A stretch of DNA of 64,000 nt from Piromyces finnis finn. Lineage: Eukaryota; Fungi; Neocallimastigomycota. Location: positions 62,001 to 126,000 of the forward strand of contig MCFH01000047.1 in NCBI GenBank assembly GCA_002104945.1, read 5' to 3'. Below the pieces are notes generated by a model, which saw nothing but the letters and a program-made list of their open reading frames with translations, did no database searches and was not told the origin of the DNA. Positions 26,601 to 39,317 of the stretch are shown piece after piece (the first letter of the stretch is position 1; each line of letters opens with the position of its first letter). The position numbers and the translations under genes were made by a program.

Positions 26601-27086
26601 ACTTCTATGTTTATAACCATTAGATAATCCAGGATTACCTATTAAATTGAATTGTGATACAGAATTACTTGGTGCTGAATGAATTATTTTTGGTGTTGGG
26701 GATGTACGACTACGAACATTATTGTTATTCATTGATTGATCTGACAACTTGCGTTTTATATTTTGAATATCAATTGATATTGACTTTTTATGACCTCTAT
26801 TATATTTTCTCAATGTATTATCATCTTGTTTATTTATTGACGAAGGTTGCGTTGTATGAAAATTTGAAGATACATTGTGAGTTGTATCTTCAATGGGTAA
26901 TATTGCGCCCATTGCTGCCATTGATAATAAATTATCTTCTTCACTTTTGCTAGTCTCAACAGAAGAATGACTATCAGTTTCCATATTATCTTTTAACACT
27001 AAAGTTTCATTGGAAGTTCCAATTTTTTGAATGTATGGAAGTAACCTTTTTGAACCACTACTATTCTTTCTTTGACTATATGTCAT
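23619..27086 (-). CDS. Class I 3',5'-cyclic nucleotide phosphodiesterase with N-terminal low-complexity region and about six TM helices, intronless
   Basis: 1155-aa ORF with PDEase_I motifs FHNAEHASDVLH, ACIHDFDHPGVNNKFL, YNDKSVLENHH, LVLATDL and KCCDVSNPTK. A hydrophobic block lies around residues 395-580. Confidence 0.93.
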   Translation of the reverse strand: MTYSQRKNSSGSKRLLPYIQKIGTSNETLVLKDNMETDSHSSVETSKSEEDNLLSMAAMGAILPIEDTTHNVSSNFHTTQPSSINKQDDNTLRKYNRGHKKSISIDIQNIKRKLSDQSMNNNNVRSRTSPTPKIIHSAPSNSVSQFNLIGNPGLSNGYKHRSYTNGYTFNTYQHHSPHSQIYNIPSYSVTSNNTNPPTTSHNNASNNNGNSNVISSSVSTISYNNSNNNNSVFSNTTLNNQSSSITSANSLSNRHTQNPIEYNTINKNHEEDNENTPLNIITSVIDDSGYELNDQVNSIDYKNTEDNDDIYNSTDMYSSTKPKSTRKQKSFYKRLMNQSGENGQIQEDYLDIKREDTRIIHDIFQKSIHNNFSLCFKDPYTEISYYRYIHNKFLYFWKKSVVLLALTTLINQLFLIFSVGLEKNQNKKVYEIILLNIIGLIIPVSIFYYIIYRLKTRVLFKLMPYLANLILFVMGPLMIIIGPLLILGSNIIIENNNYYEITLFMYISLFFVGNYLLFYSYKPAIFSVLIYCVCWIVFVFNKVYCEFKNENNDDRSRDIYLIILTIALFCLISVVMLYSLYKKERTSRRQFLNEQRLMRINSKLVSQLNRIERGFADEAADLDAPIEKAIITIRSLMASPTIGPEHLKALGLVLCYLQVPNLFAPDLDQQVTQGLKMDDERKNWLFSEVAHRKQIERSKRSSSSSSSLGTGSHSPFYTGSHSPSIHDHQSEYQVINIDNYLTNHSAELLSRINEYNFPMFEYFKSTSRPLLTMSYHIFVKSGLLSRLHLSVNQFLNFMSAVEDGYHPEHQFHNAEHASDVLHCIYYFSTIPNVATCFKDLDYLGLYVAACIHDFDHPGVNNKFLINVGDPLAERYNDKSVLENHHCSSALRLLNKPGNNFIERLDKEKKRELRETIIELVLATDLSGHFAYLTSFKKKLLDTLTCNTREDRLLLMQMFIKCCDVSNPTKSRSLYKEWINRVMSEFYSQGDREKQLNITISPFCNRNNSNVYSCQKGFIDFVAAPIFEAVGEFIGKYQITKNAATQKQLQISSANTSLSRESSVQANSTNDTSLVNRDSVTTDLEKQKIISSSSTCDENNTSGNTSTLRQSKSYNNKTYSKMNLLESQEKINVVLDGLKSNKEWIDSNAAKTESSS

Positions 27087-30000
27087 TGAACTGAAAAGTT
27101 TTTGGTTTTAGGTATTATTAATTAATGATATTAATTATATTATTATTGTATTAATTTATTTGTTTTTGTAAAAGCTGAAATTCAAAATTGATAATTATTC
27201 TTTTTTTAATCTTATTAACTTTTGATTTTTTGGAAAAGCAAAAATGTAATAAAAAGATTATATAAATGTTTATCAAAAATAAAAAAAAACAAATATGTTG
27301 TTTTTTTATTATTATATTTTATTTTGATATTGAATAAAAATGTATTTATTTTTCTTTTATTACTCCTGGAAAAATCATATATTATTCATTGTTATATATA
27401 AAAGTTCGGTTTAAAAAAAATAATTGAACTTTAGTTAATTTTATATAATTGTTAATGATATTTTTGCTTAATTGAATAAAGAAATTGTTATTGAATTTTG
27501 GCACAATATTCTGTTGATTTTAGTTTAAAAGTAAAGATTGAAATATTTTATATAAACAAATAATTTTTTTTTGAAATTTAATGTATTTAACAAAAGTATC
27601 TTCGATATTTTTTCGAATTTTTATATTTGAAAAATAAACTATTTTAAAAAATATTAAAACACTATTAATATAATTTTCCTTGATATATGTTGGGTATTGT
27701 TTGAAAATATCAATGTTTTAAATAATATCAATTTGTTTATTTTAAATTCTAATTGATTCTTTCTTCTATTAATCTAATGAAAATTATAAATATAATAATA
27801 TTAGTTAATAAAATGTTTTATATGATTTTATGTTTATTATCAATTGATTATATCTAATATCATCTTATTATATCTATTTAATGATACACTTAAAATGGTA
27901 ATAATAATTTTTAATTTGAAAAATTTACTTAATATTGCTTTTAAAAATTAAAATAATTTTAACACTTTATTAAAATAATATATTCATTATTATATTTTAT
28001 CAACTTTTATTTGATTATATTATTTAAATTACTTATTAACTATTGTTTATTTATCACGAATACTTGTTTGTTTGTTATTATTGATTATTGCTATTATTTT
28101 TTATAATGATCGATTTTATTTGTAATTTTTATTGTTTTGTATGTTTTTGTAATCAATCAATCAAATTTATTTCTTTTTTTCAAAATTCAGAATACTTAAT
28201 ATATATGTATTATATAAATCTTGTTAATATTTACTTTATATTTCTTTTTTATATATACTATTTTTAATTTTTTAGATAAAATATGATTTATTTGTTTATA
28301 AATATAAATGATGATAAAAAGTCATTATTATGTATAAATTTTAAAAGATAAAAAATCTAATAAAAAATAGTATAAAAAAAAGGTGATAAAAAAAAATATT
28401 AAAAGAATAATATTGAACTAATAATTATGTAATTATGAATAATGCTTAATAATAAAAATAAAACCTTATTTATTATTAAAAAATGCATTTTTTTTCTTTC
28501 TATTTGAAAATCATTTATTTAATTAAAAATATAGTATTAAATATTTATGATTAACTTGTATATACTAACATAATATATTATTCATATATTATTATTAGTA
28601 ATTAAAAATTAAAGATAGAGTTATGTCTTTAATTATAAATGAAAGCTTATTAAAATTTATATATTACAAATGTTTTAATAATATATTACATATATATTAT
28701 ATCCTTATAGTTTGTTTACTACTTATAATATATGCATGATATATTATTAATAATATATCAATAATTAAAACTTACGCAATGAATTTATTTTTTCTTTGAT
28801 TATAAACTCTAATAAATAATGTATTTTCAAAAATTCCATTTAACTATAATATATTTATGTAACAATAATAAAAAATTCATAATCAATAGAAAAGTACAAG
28901 AAAGTATAATTATATCATTATAGGTTGTACTAATATATATAATATATTATAATATATTTATAATTTAAATCACTATTTAAATTTTGAAAAAAACTTTATT
29001 CAATATTATTCTATAATTTTAACTACTTTTTAAATTTAAATAAAAGATTGTTTACAATTCAATTTGTAAATAAATTAAGTTTTATATATATAGCAAATAA
29101 TATATTAATATATACAAAGTTATATATTATTATATATTAATAGTACATATTTATTAACTTTTATTATTATCTATATTGATAAATTCTATATATAAATTTT
29201 ATTTAGTACTATCTATTGTATACTATTGTATATTCTTTATTCATTCTTCATTTTCATAGTTTTTGATATATCTTCAAATATTTACCAATAAGATTTTATA
29301 TAAAAAAAAGAAATAAGATTATTAAAATAGAAGTTTAATTATTAATAAATAAATTAAATATAATATATTAAAAGTTTAATTTATTTTGTATTTAATAGTA
29401 TATATAATTCAATTGATCTAATATATACATATTAATTCTTTATGTATAAAAAATTAAAATATATAACTTAAAGTTTATTTCCTATTCTTTCTATTATATC
29501 ATAACTTTTAAAATTCAAAAATATTATAATCTTTAAAGTACAAAAAAAGAAAAAAAAAGAACAATAGTTCTGGTGTATTAAATATATTAAAATTGTTGGT
29601 TCACTTTATGCTGCTAATTTTTCTTCAAAATAAAAGCATAAATTAATAAAACTAATTATAAAACTAATTAATTTTATTATATGCAAATTTTCAATTAAAA
29701 TTGGACCATTTTTACTACTTTCGTAAGTACTACCAAGATTATCTAATTGAAAATATAATATTAATTATCAATTATTTTTAAATACTTTAAACTTTATTTT
29801 AAAAGTTTATTCTCCCACTAAAAATATATAATAAAAATATTTATAGGCATAATTAGCAAAATAAATTTAATAATAATCTTTTTTTTTATTATTAAATTTT
29901 ATAGTAACTCGTAGAATAAAAATAAAAAATTAATATATATAATTTTACCTATAATATTTAATAGTGAATAATATTATTATCAAACTTTATTTCTATTAAA

Positions 30001-31096
30001 AATTGTAAATTGTATCACTAATACTTTTTTTGTGTTATTATTTATCACTATTTAATAAATATTAATAAATAACCTTTTTTTGTAACCTTTTTTATGAAAA
30101 TGACTATCCATCTTTATTTTATTTTGACCTAATCCATTATACAATTAATATATTAGAATATATTAGGTTATATTAAGATGAAATAAATGTTTTTTTTAGT
30201 GAAACCTACATTAAGGTTTTATTGGTTCTTATTTAATTTATTGATTCTTACTATATTAAATAGATTAAAGGTAATATAATTAGATGAATCAATTAACTAT
30301 AAATAATTAATGATGATTATTATTAATAAATATGTTATCATCTTAATATAACACTTTTTTTTTTGTTCATATAATACTATTAATAAAAAGATAGGTATTA
30401 TATAAAAATAAATAGCCTTAATATATAGATGTATGGCATGTATAGCATGTCTACATACATTTTTATATGATTATTGTAATTATGTAGTATAATAACATGA
30501 AGAGGAATCATTTTAATAGAATATCTTACCTTTTATAATAAAAAACCCCACTTTGTTTTAAATAAACATTAAATACCATTAATTTTAATATTTTGTAAAA
30601 AGTACTTTTTTTTAAATATAATTATTATAATCATTGTGTGTTTTATCCAAAGTAATATTATTATGATATATAATTAAACTTTTAAAATACTATATATTTA
30701 TTCTGAAATATTTCCATTCAAAAATTAAAAGAATTTAAAAAAAGTAAATCTTATTGTTAATAAAAAGTGATGTATATAACTTATAATAAAGAAGATAATT
30801 ATAACATAAATTAAACAATTATTGATTGTTCAATATCACAATTGTAATTATATATTAATATTGTTTTTATTTGTTTTTTTATTGATTATTAAAGAGTATT
30901 GAATTGAATGGAACTTCTTTTTATTCTAATTTTTATAATTATAAATCTTTCAATACTTTTTTAAAATAATTGACTCATCTTTCTTTAATCATTATTTTGA
31001 ATAAACTTTTTTTACTTTTAACAATCTTTAATATATTTTAATTATAGTTTTTTTTTTTTTTAAGAATTAAAAATATAAATATATATTTTTAATTAA

Positions 31097-31127
<31 letters not shown>

Positions 31128-32289
31128 TATTGATGTATCAACAATATCACTTTAATTTTAAAATTAAAGAATCAAAACTATATATATAAACACAATATTC
31201 ATTCAATTAATTTGGTAAAATTCCTGTATTAAAAACCCCCATAATATAATAATAACTCAAATTTTACTGCTATTTTAATATATTGCATTATATTATTATT
31301 ATTATGTTGTTGTTGTTTTAACTGAGCTTGAAATATTCTTAATTGTAATTAAACAATTACATCATGCTTATTTCATGAAATTAAATTATTTTAATAAAAG
31401 TTACACAATATCAAATATAACATAGGTAGAATCTTTTTTTTAAAAAAAAAAAAAAAAAGAAAAAATAAAATATCATCTTTACTATTAAATATTACAATAT
31501 ATACTAATTTTAATTATACTCATTTTTTTCTCTTCTCTAAAAAGAAAAAAAAAATATTATATTATTTATAACAATATATTGTTTATTATTTAATGTCTCA
31601 TACATATATATAAATATACAATTTAATTAAAATCTTATCTATATTATAAAATATATGTAGCATTTTTATACAATATAAAGCGCATAAGAAAGGGAAAATA
31701 AAATAAATACATAATACTTTGAAAAAATATGCAAATGGTTCATATATATTAATACAACATAGATGCATGATCTTATATCATTTTGATTAGTATATATATT
31801 CAATATCCTATTCTTTATTTATATGTTTTAATGTTAGTTCACCTATTTCAAACATAATACTTTTTTTTTCTATGACTCAGTTGATAAAATTAATTAATTA
31901 AACTACTTATATCAATAATAAAATAATAATATTTTGAATGATGAATGGTCGATATTTTTTTTTAGATGTATGGACTTACTCTTCTAAAACGTCATTATAA
32001 AAGTTTCTTATTTCTCAATTATTGAAAACCATAAAGTGGATATTTGCTTGTTTAATGAGAATTAATATAAAAAGATACACCTTAAATTACCAATAACTTG
32101 TAATAAAAGAATGTATTTAATTAATAAAAGTTAAAAATACATACTTTTATTACAATAATGTAATTATAAAAATACAATAATTGTTATGTAATAAAAATTT
32201 AAAAATAAAGGTAAATTTTAAATATATTAATTAAAATAATTAATTATATAAATTTTTAATAATTAAAAAATATTATAATTTTGAATAAA

Positions 32290-32659
32290 ATGAAAAAAGA
32301 AGCTGTTATTGAAGAATTAGAGTATTTACAAAAAATTAGATATGGCTTAAAACCTAATTCAGAAATATATATTAAAAAAAATAATGATGGTGATATATTT
32401 AATTATATAAAAGATAATGATAATGTTGGTTTAATGGATATTGATATATCGCCCAACTTACTAAAGGATAATACATATTTTATACATTTAGAAGAATTAA
32501 ATCAAATTCACGCAAAAGAGAATAATATTAAATTTGTAATTTTTAAATTTTGTATAATTGAAAATGTTTGGATAGTAGTTAAACTAAGTGATAATGGCTA
32601 CATGGTAAAATAAATCATCAAAAATATATATATATTAAAATGTATTCCTTTAATAATAA

Positions 32660-32696
<37 letters not shown>

Positions 32697-33225
32697 TTCC
32701 TCATTTTCCAATATTTTTTTAACTTTAAAAAGTTATGTTTAATTAAAATATAAATTTATTTTAATTAAAAAATGATTTTTCTTCTTTATTCTTATATTTT
32801 ATTTTTTTTTTTCTGTCTTTATTATTATCATTATTATAATTAACTTTTATTCAAATAAGATTCTTGATTTATTAACAGAAAAACCAACATTTGAAAAAAT
32901 TGAAGATTTTGATTTTAATTTCTTGCAAGATAGAACAGGTTTTTAATATATTATTAATAAAGAATTTTACACAAATTACAACTTTTATTATGATTATTAT
33001 TATTATTATTATTATTTTATTATTATTAATTTTTAAAATATATATATCAAATTTTGCTTAAATGAATGAATTTAATTAGTGGAAACAAGTCTATACAAAT
33101 ATATAAATTTCACCTTTGAAACTATGGAGATTTTATTGCATACCATTAGCCCAGGCTTCCGTTTACAATTTAAAGACAGTCTTATAAATAAATTACAACT
33201 GGAATTAGAAAATTGTAATGATTAA
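32290..33225 (+). CDS. GSKIP/DUF727-like protein, 3 exons
   Basis: Exon 1 (track ORF 32281-32613) splices via GT-AG to about 32861-32938 and about 33080-33225 in frame. C-terminal ETMEILLHTISPGFRLQFKDSLINKL resembles the GSKIP [21 protein letters not shown] motif. Confidence 0.6.
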
Positions 33226-34147
33226 ACTTGTTTTAAATAATAAACAGAATTAATAAAATATGATATTGATATTGGTATTAGAAAAATTCCTACTGATTAA
33301 TTGTTAAAAAATACTTTTATTTTATACTTTTTATTTACTATTATTTATTTAGTTAATTTAATATTCTTCGATATATTTTTATTATTTAAATAAAAAATAA
33401 AAAAAAAAACTGCAAATTCATTTGTACACTATATTTTTTTGATATTCAACATTTATTATATTAGATGAAGAGTAACTTAAACAAAGTTGATAATATGTAA
33501 ATGCTAAAATACTAAATCGTACTTTAATTGATATTAATTTTTTGTGTTTACAAACGTTTTAGTGATAAAAACAAGACACATTGAAATATCTCAGCTAAAT
33601 ATTTCATTTATGTTTCTAATAAAAAAAAGAACTCTTTAATTAATTTAATTATATGTTTATGTATTTAAATTCATATATATTTATATATATAAATTTTTAC
33701 ATTTTGAAATTTAAATAACTATGGGAAAATAACTATTAATAAAAATATATATATGTTAATAATTTTTTAATAATAGATGTATTATTTAATAAAAAAAGGA
33801 GTTACTTTTTTTTTTCCTTTAAATATACAATTTAAAGGAAAAGGAGAAGTTCTGTTTCATTTTAAATATTTCATTTTTAAAAAAGCAAAATTATTTTTAA
33901 ATAGTAAATAAAGGATTAGATTAATAATTTTCATATAAATTTAGATAAAGTTATGTAACAATAAAATAAAAAGTAAATTAGGAGTACAATAAATTATAAT
34001 AATATAAATTTGGTATTCAAAAAGTTAATATATTATTTATTTAAATTTACCCTGTGAAAATTAAAAGTTTAAAAAATATTTTTAAAAGTCCATTTTTTAA
34101 TTATCTATATTTCAATTATTTATTTTATATATAAGATTTCGTAAAAG

Positions 34148-35696
34148 ATGGCAAAATTATATTTTTATTATTCAGGTAAAATTTGAAAGTACTACTCTAT
34201 TATAATGAAAATAATAATAAAATAAAAAAAAAAATCATTACAATTTTAACATTTCTAAATTTTTTAAAATTAATATAGCAATGAATGCCGGGAAATCAAC
34301 TTGTAATTATTAATTTCTTAAAATCAAGATTTTCATATTTTTCTTTTAATATAAAAGACATTAATTTGTATAAATATCGCTTTCATTTTATTTAGCTTTA
34401 TTACAAAGTGCATTTAATTATAGAGAACGTGGAATGAATACAATTATTTATGTAAATGCTAATTTAATAATTACTATAAAAAAAAAAATTCTTTTTTTTT
34501 TTTTTTTTTTTTTCCTATTTATTTTCTTAATTTTTGTATTTATACTGTATATATATAGTCTTCAATAATTGATGATAGATATCAAATTGGCTATGTAACA
34601 TCAAGATTGGGTAGTTATATATAAATTATTATTATTAATTATTAAAATGAAATTTAAAAATTAATTGAAATTAAAATTATTAAATAAATTATATAATTTC
34701 ATTTAAAAAGGTATTAATTCACCTGCAGTTGTTTTCGATACAAAATTTGATTTTTTCGAAGATGGTAAAATATAATAAAAAATAATAAATAGTCATTTAT
34801 ATATAATAATTAATAATAAAATATTTTCTTTTTCTTTATAGTAAAATCACGAATTAAAAATAATACAGTTCAATGTGTCTTTGTTGACGAAGCTCAGTTT
34901 CTAAAAAAAGTTCAAGTAAGACAACTTTGTAGAATTGTAGACGAACTTGACATTCCAGTATTAACATATGGACTTCGTTCAGATTTTAAGGGGGAACCAT
35001 TTGGTAATATAAAATTTATAATGACTATTTAATAACTTAATTTTATTATTTTCATTTTTAATTATTTGTTGTTGAATTTTATTTTTTTTTTTTTATAACA
35101 ATGATAATATAATTAAAACTAATAATGTTTTTATATATTAATTAATTTCAGAGGGTTCAATTTATTTACTAACTTGGGCAGACAAAAATGTAATTTTAAC
35201 AATTTACTAATAAAAGTAAAGCCTATATATAGTAGAAATATTCCAAAGTATATTAACAAATATATATATATATATATTTTTTCGAAAAAAATAATAGCAA
35301 GAATTAAAAACGGTATGTCATTGTGGTAAAAAAGCAACAATGAATATGAGAATAGCAGAAGACGGTTCAGTTTGTGAAGAAGGGTAAATATATTTATCAT
35401 CATTTAATTCCTTATAATTTTTTTTAAAACTATTTATACATCTCAATTTACTAATATAATAAAAATATAAATAACAGAGATCAAATTGCTATAGGTGGAA
35501 ATGAGTTATATATATCTACCTGCAGGTAACGATTACTAATAATCATTAAAACTTTTAATAAAGAAAATTGGAAAAAATAAAGTTTATTAAATATACAATT
35601 TTAAAAATAATGTATTATATATATAGAAAACATTTTTATGAAAAAAAGCCTGGAGTTATTAAAGATGTTGGAAGAAATTTCACATATATAATATAA
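34148..35696 (+). CDS. tdk: Thymidine kinase of bacterial (E. coli Tdk-like) type, 10 exons, 205 aa
   Basis: Exons 34148-34175, 34279-34302, 34396-34451, 34559-34610, 34711-34764, 34842-35003, 35152-35189, 35298-35383, 35478-35525 and 35627-35696 total 618 nt in frame. Motifs MAKLYFYYSAMNAGKST, VDEAQF, YGLRSDF, ELKTVCHCGKKA and IGGNELYISTCRKH. Confidence 0.93.
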
Positions 35697-35737
35697 AGAA
35701 AAATTATATTAATATAACACTTTCAAAATATATATAT

Positions 35738-35777
<40 letters not shown>

Positions 35778-36198
35778 ATAATTATATTTTTGAATAGTTT
35801 TTTTTGAATAGAAAAATTAACATATTAAATTCACTCTGAAAAAATAATATTTTATAACATAATTATTTTGTTTTTTTTCTTTTCATTCATATTTAAATAT
35901 GAAAATACTGTAAATAATCAATTTTGTTGGAAAAAAAAAAAAAAAAAATTAAACATATCTTTCTATCAATTAATATAATAATACCATATTTTACATTTTA
36001 CTATTATACGTTTTTCAATCTTATTTTTATCTAATAATAATAAATCAATAAATAAAATACTAAAATACTATAATGTGATTTTTTTTTTCTAAAGAATTAA
36101 GAATTTTTTTATTTTTTTTTTTTTTTTAATTATCTGCTTTTATTTAAATAAATGGTATATTTATAGCAATTATAATATTTAAAAAATATTTTAATTAG

Positions 36199-38770
36199 TT
36201 AATGTCTATGACTACGACTATGAGAATGATGTGAACGTGAATGATGACTTGATTTAAATGATTTGGCTAAATTATCTTTTTTTTTTGAATAATATTCTTT
36301 TTTAGATTGTTTTCTAGGTTTTATTGATAAATACATATATTTATATAATTTCACAAAGTTAATAAAATATGTATATATTAAATATAATATATAAAAAAAA
36401 TATATATATATATATATATATAGACTTACTCTCTTTCTCTTGGATCAATAACAACATAATCGTCAACTTTAAAAATATCTTTTGAACCTTCATCTTCAAA
36501 TACAAGATTATGTGAAAGCCAATTATCATCATCGATACTATCCTTGTCATTATCATCACTGATTTCGCCTAATAATTCCTTTTGAGTTCTTTCATTAAAT
36601 AATGCTTGGCATGATAAACAATTTTTCTTATTATGAAGTTTACATAATCCATGTTCATCGATTTCAACTTTATCCTTTTTTTTAGATGAATTATTGGACT
36701 GATTTTCAGTATAGGTAATGTCTTGTAATTGTTTCTGGAAATTAAGCATTAATTTAAAGGTTTCATCTTCATCATGACTTGCTTTATGTTTTTTATTTCT
36801 TTTTGTAATAGCTTTAGAACTATTCATATATTTCTCTCTTTCCATTTGAAGTAATTCTAATCCTCTTTTCTTTTTTTTCTTTTTATCATCTTTTTCTTTA
36901 TCATGATCTTTTGATGATTTCTTTTTATCTTTATCAATAAATTCTTGTTTTATTTTATTAATTTCATCTTGAATACTTTTCCTTTTACGGATGAATTTAT
37001 ATATTACAAAATAAGCAAACCATAAAATGATTTTATAATTAATACCAAAGATCTAGTATCAAAAAATAAAATATATATAATATACTTACATTTTCTCCGA
37101 TTTAATATCATCAATATTCTTATACTCTTTATCTTTACTACTACTTTTTTTTTCATGATCTTTATTGTCAACATCTTTACTAGAAATTTCCTTTGATTCA
37201 TCTTTGGATTTCTATTTAAATAATAATAATAATTTATTAATATTTATTAAAAGTTATGAAGAACTTGATGTAATATGTATTTAAATTACTTCTTTTTCTT
37301 TCTTTTTTCTTTCTTTTTGTTCTTTCTCTAAATCAATTGATACTTTATTACTTAAATGTTCATCTTCTGTTAATAAATCATGACTGCTTTTTATTTTTGT
37401 ACTTATTTTTGATTTTTCCAAGTCTTTTTCATGTTCCTCTTCTTCAGCACCAAAAGATAAAAGATTTAAACGCCTTTAAAACATAAATTTATATGTAAAA
37501 TAATAATAATAATAATATTGTTATTATTAATATTAATATTCATATTCATATTCATATTCGTTATGAAATTTTAAATAATTAAACAATTAAATTTTATGTT
37601 ATTATTATCTTTACTTTTTTTCCTTTTTCTTTGGTTTTTTGGTTTCATTTTTAAGTTTTTCAGCTAATTCAGCGGCTTTTTTCTCTTCTGATGTTATTCT
37701 TGGTAAAATATCATCAAATGGATTATTAATTATACTTATAGATAAAATTTTTGGTGGGTATAAAGGTCTTTCGGTTTCTGAATCAACTTCTAATTCCTCC
37801 ATTTTTAACATATTGAATAAAGTTGAACCAACGATCTACAAACATATACATAATAATGATAATAATAATTAGATATATATTTAGATATATATTTAGATAT
37901 ATAACATTTCAATGAATGATAATAAAAGTACAAAAATCATGCCATACTTTTCCAAATAAAGTATTTTGACGATCTAATTCTGGAGTTGCATCAAAAGTAA
38001 AGAAAAATTGACTTTCATTTTGATTCTTTCCTTTATTTGCCATTCCCAATAAACCTCTTCTATTAAATCTCAAACGTGAATGAAATTCATCATTAAATGG
38101 TTTTTCATATATTGATTCACCACCTATATTATTATTATTAATTATTAATTATTATTTGTTATTATTTGTTATTTATTTGTTATTATTGTTGTTGTTATTG
38201 TTTTCATTTCATAAGTAAATTATTTTATTAAATTTTTAAAAAAAAAAAAAAATAAAATACATTGAAAAAAAAAAAATAATAATAATATTATTATTATTAT
38301 TAACCTTCGCCAGTTCCTGTAGGATCTCCACCTTGAACACAAAATTTTGGAACAACTCTATGAAATATTGTATTATCATAATATCCTTCCATACTATTTT
38401 GATTATATATATAGTATACGGAATAGAAGAAATATTAAAGCATAATTAATATATATTTATAATAGAGATGAATGAATGATTTAACACATTTTTCATTAGA
38501 ATATTAGAATATATAAATGCATTAGTAATGAATATAAATATATCTTATATGTTATATTTATGCACTTTTTTTTCTGAGTAATTTTTTATTAATATTGTTA
38601 TTATTGATTCTTTTTTTTTTTTTTTTTTTTGATATCTACCTAAGTTGAATGAAATTTCTACATGCTAAAGGGGTCTCCTTTGACCATAATTCAATTTCAA
38701 TATCACCCATAGTTGTGTGCATTACAACTTTCCCTTTTGTTGGGGGTTCTGATATATATACGTTTGACAT
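36199..38770 (-). CDS. CWC27: Spliceosome-associated cyclophilin CWC27, about 8 exons
   Basis: [81 protein letters not shown], followed by a charged tail. Confidence 0.92.
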
Positions 38771-39317
38771 TATAATGGATTTATATTTAGTTTAAAATAA
38801 TAATATTATATATATAGATGAATAATGAAAACAAAATTAGATTTAAAATATTTTAAATATTGTCTATTTAATTAATTTTTTTTTTTTTTTTTTTGATTAA
38901 AAATTAAATTTTTAATAATATAAAATATAAATATTTATTTCAAAAAAAAAAAAATATATATATTATTATTATTATTATTATTTTATTTTATTTTATTTTA
39001 TTTTATATAAAATATAAAATAACTACAGTTAAACTTCATGATTTTAAGATATATATATTTATAATATGTTTAAAAAAAAAAGATAATAAAACATAATTAA
39101 TTATTGTTCAATTGATGAGGAAGATATATATGAATTAAGAAAAAAAAAAAAAAAAAGAATTGTATGCTAATACAATTTTTATGCTTTTAAAGTTACAAAA
39201 AAAAAAAAAAAAAGAAATAATACTAAAATTATAATATTAAAATATTAAAATAATAATTCATAAATTATAAAAAGGGAAAGAAAAATATTGGTCTTAAATT
39301 TTACATTAGAATAAAAC

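Noticed and set aside
29620-29750. Minus-strand peptide NGPILIENLHIIKL faintly like a catalase N-terminus
   Set aside because: The match is too short, there is no RERIPERVVH motif, and an in-frame stop follows.
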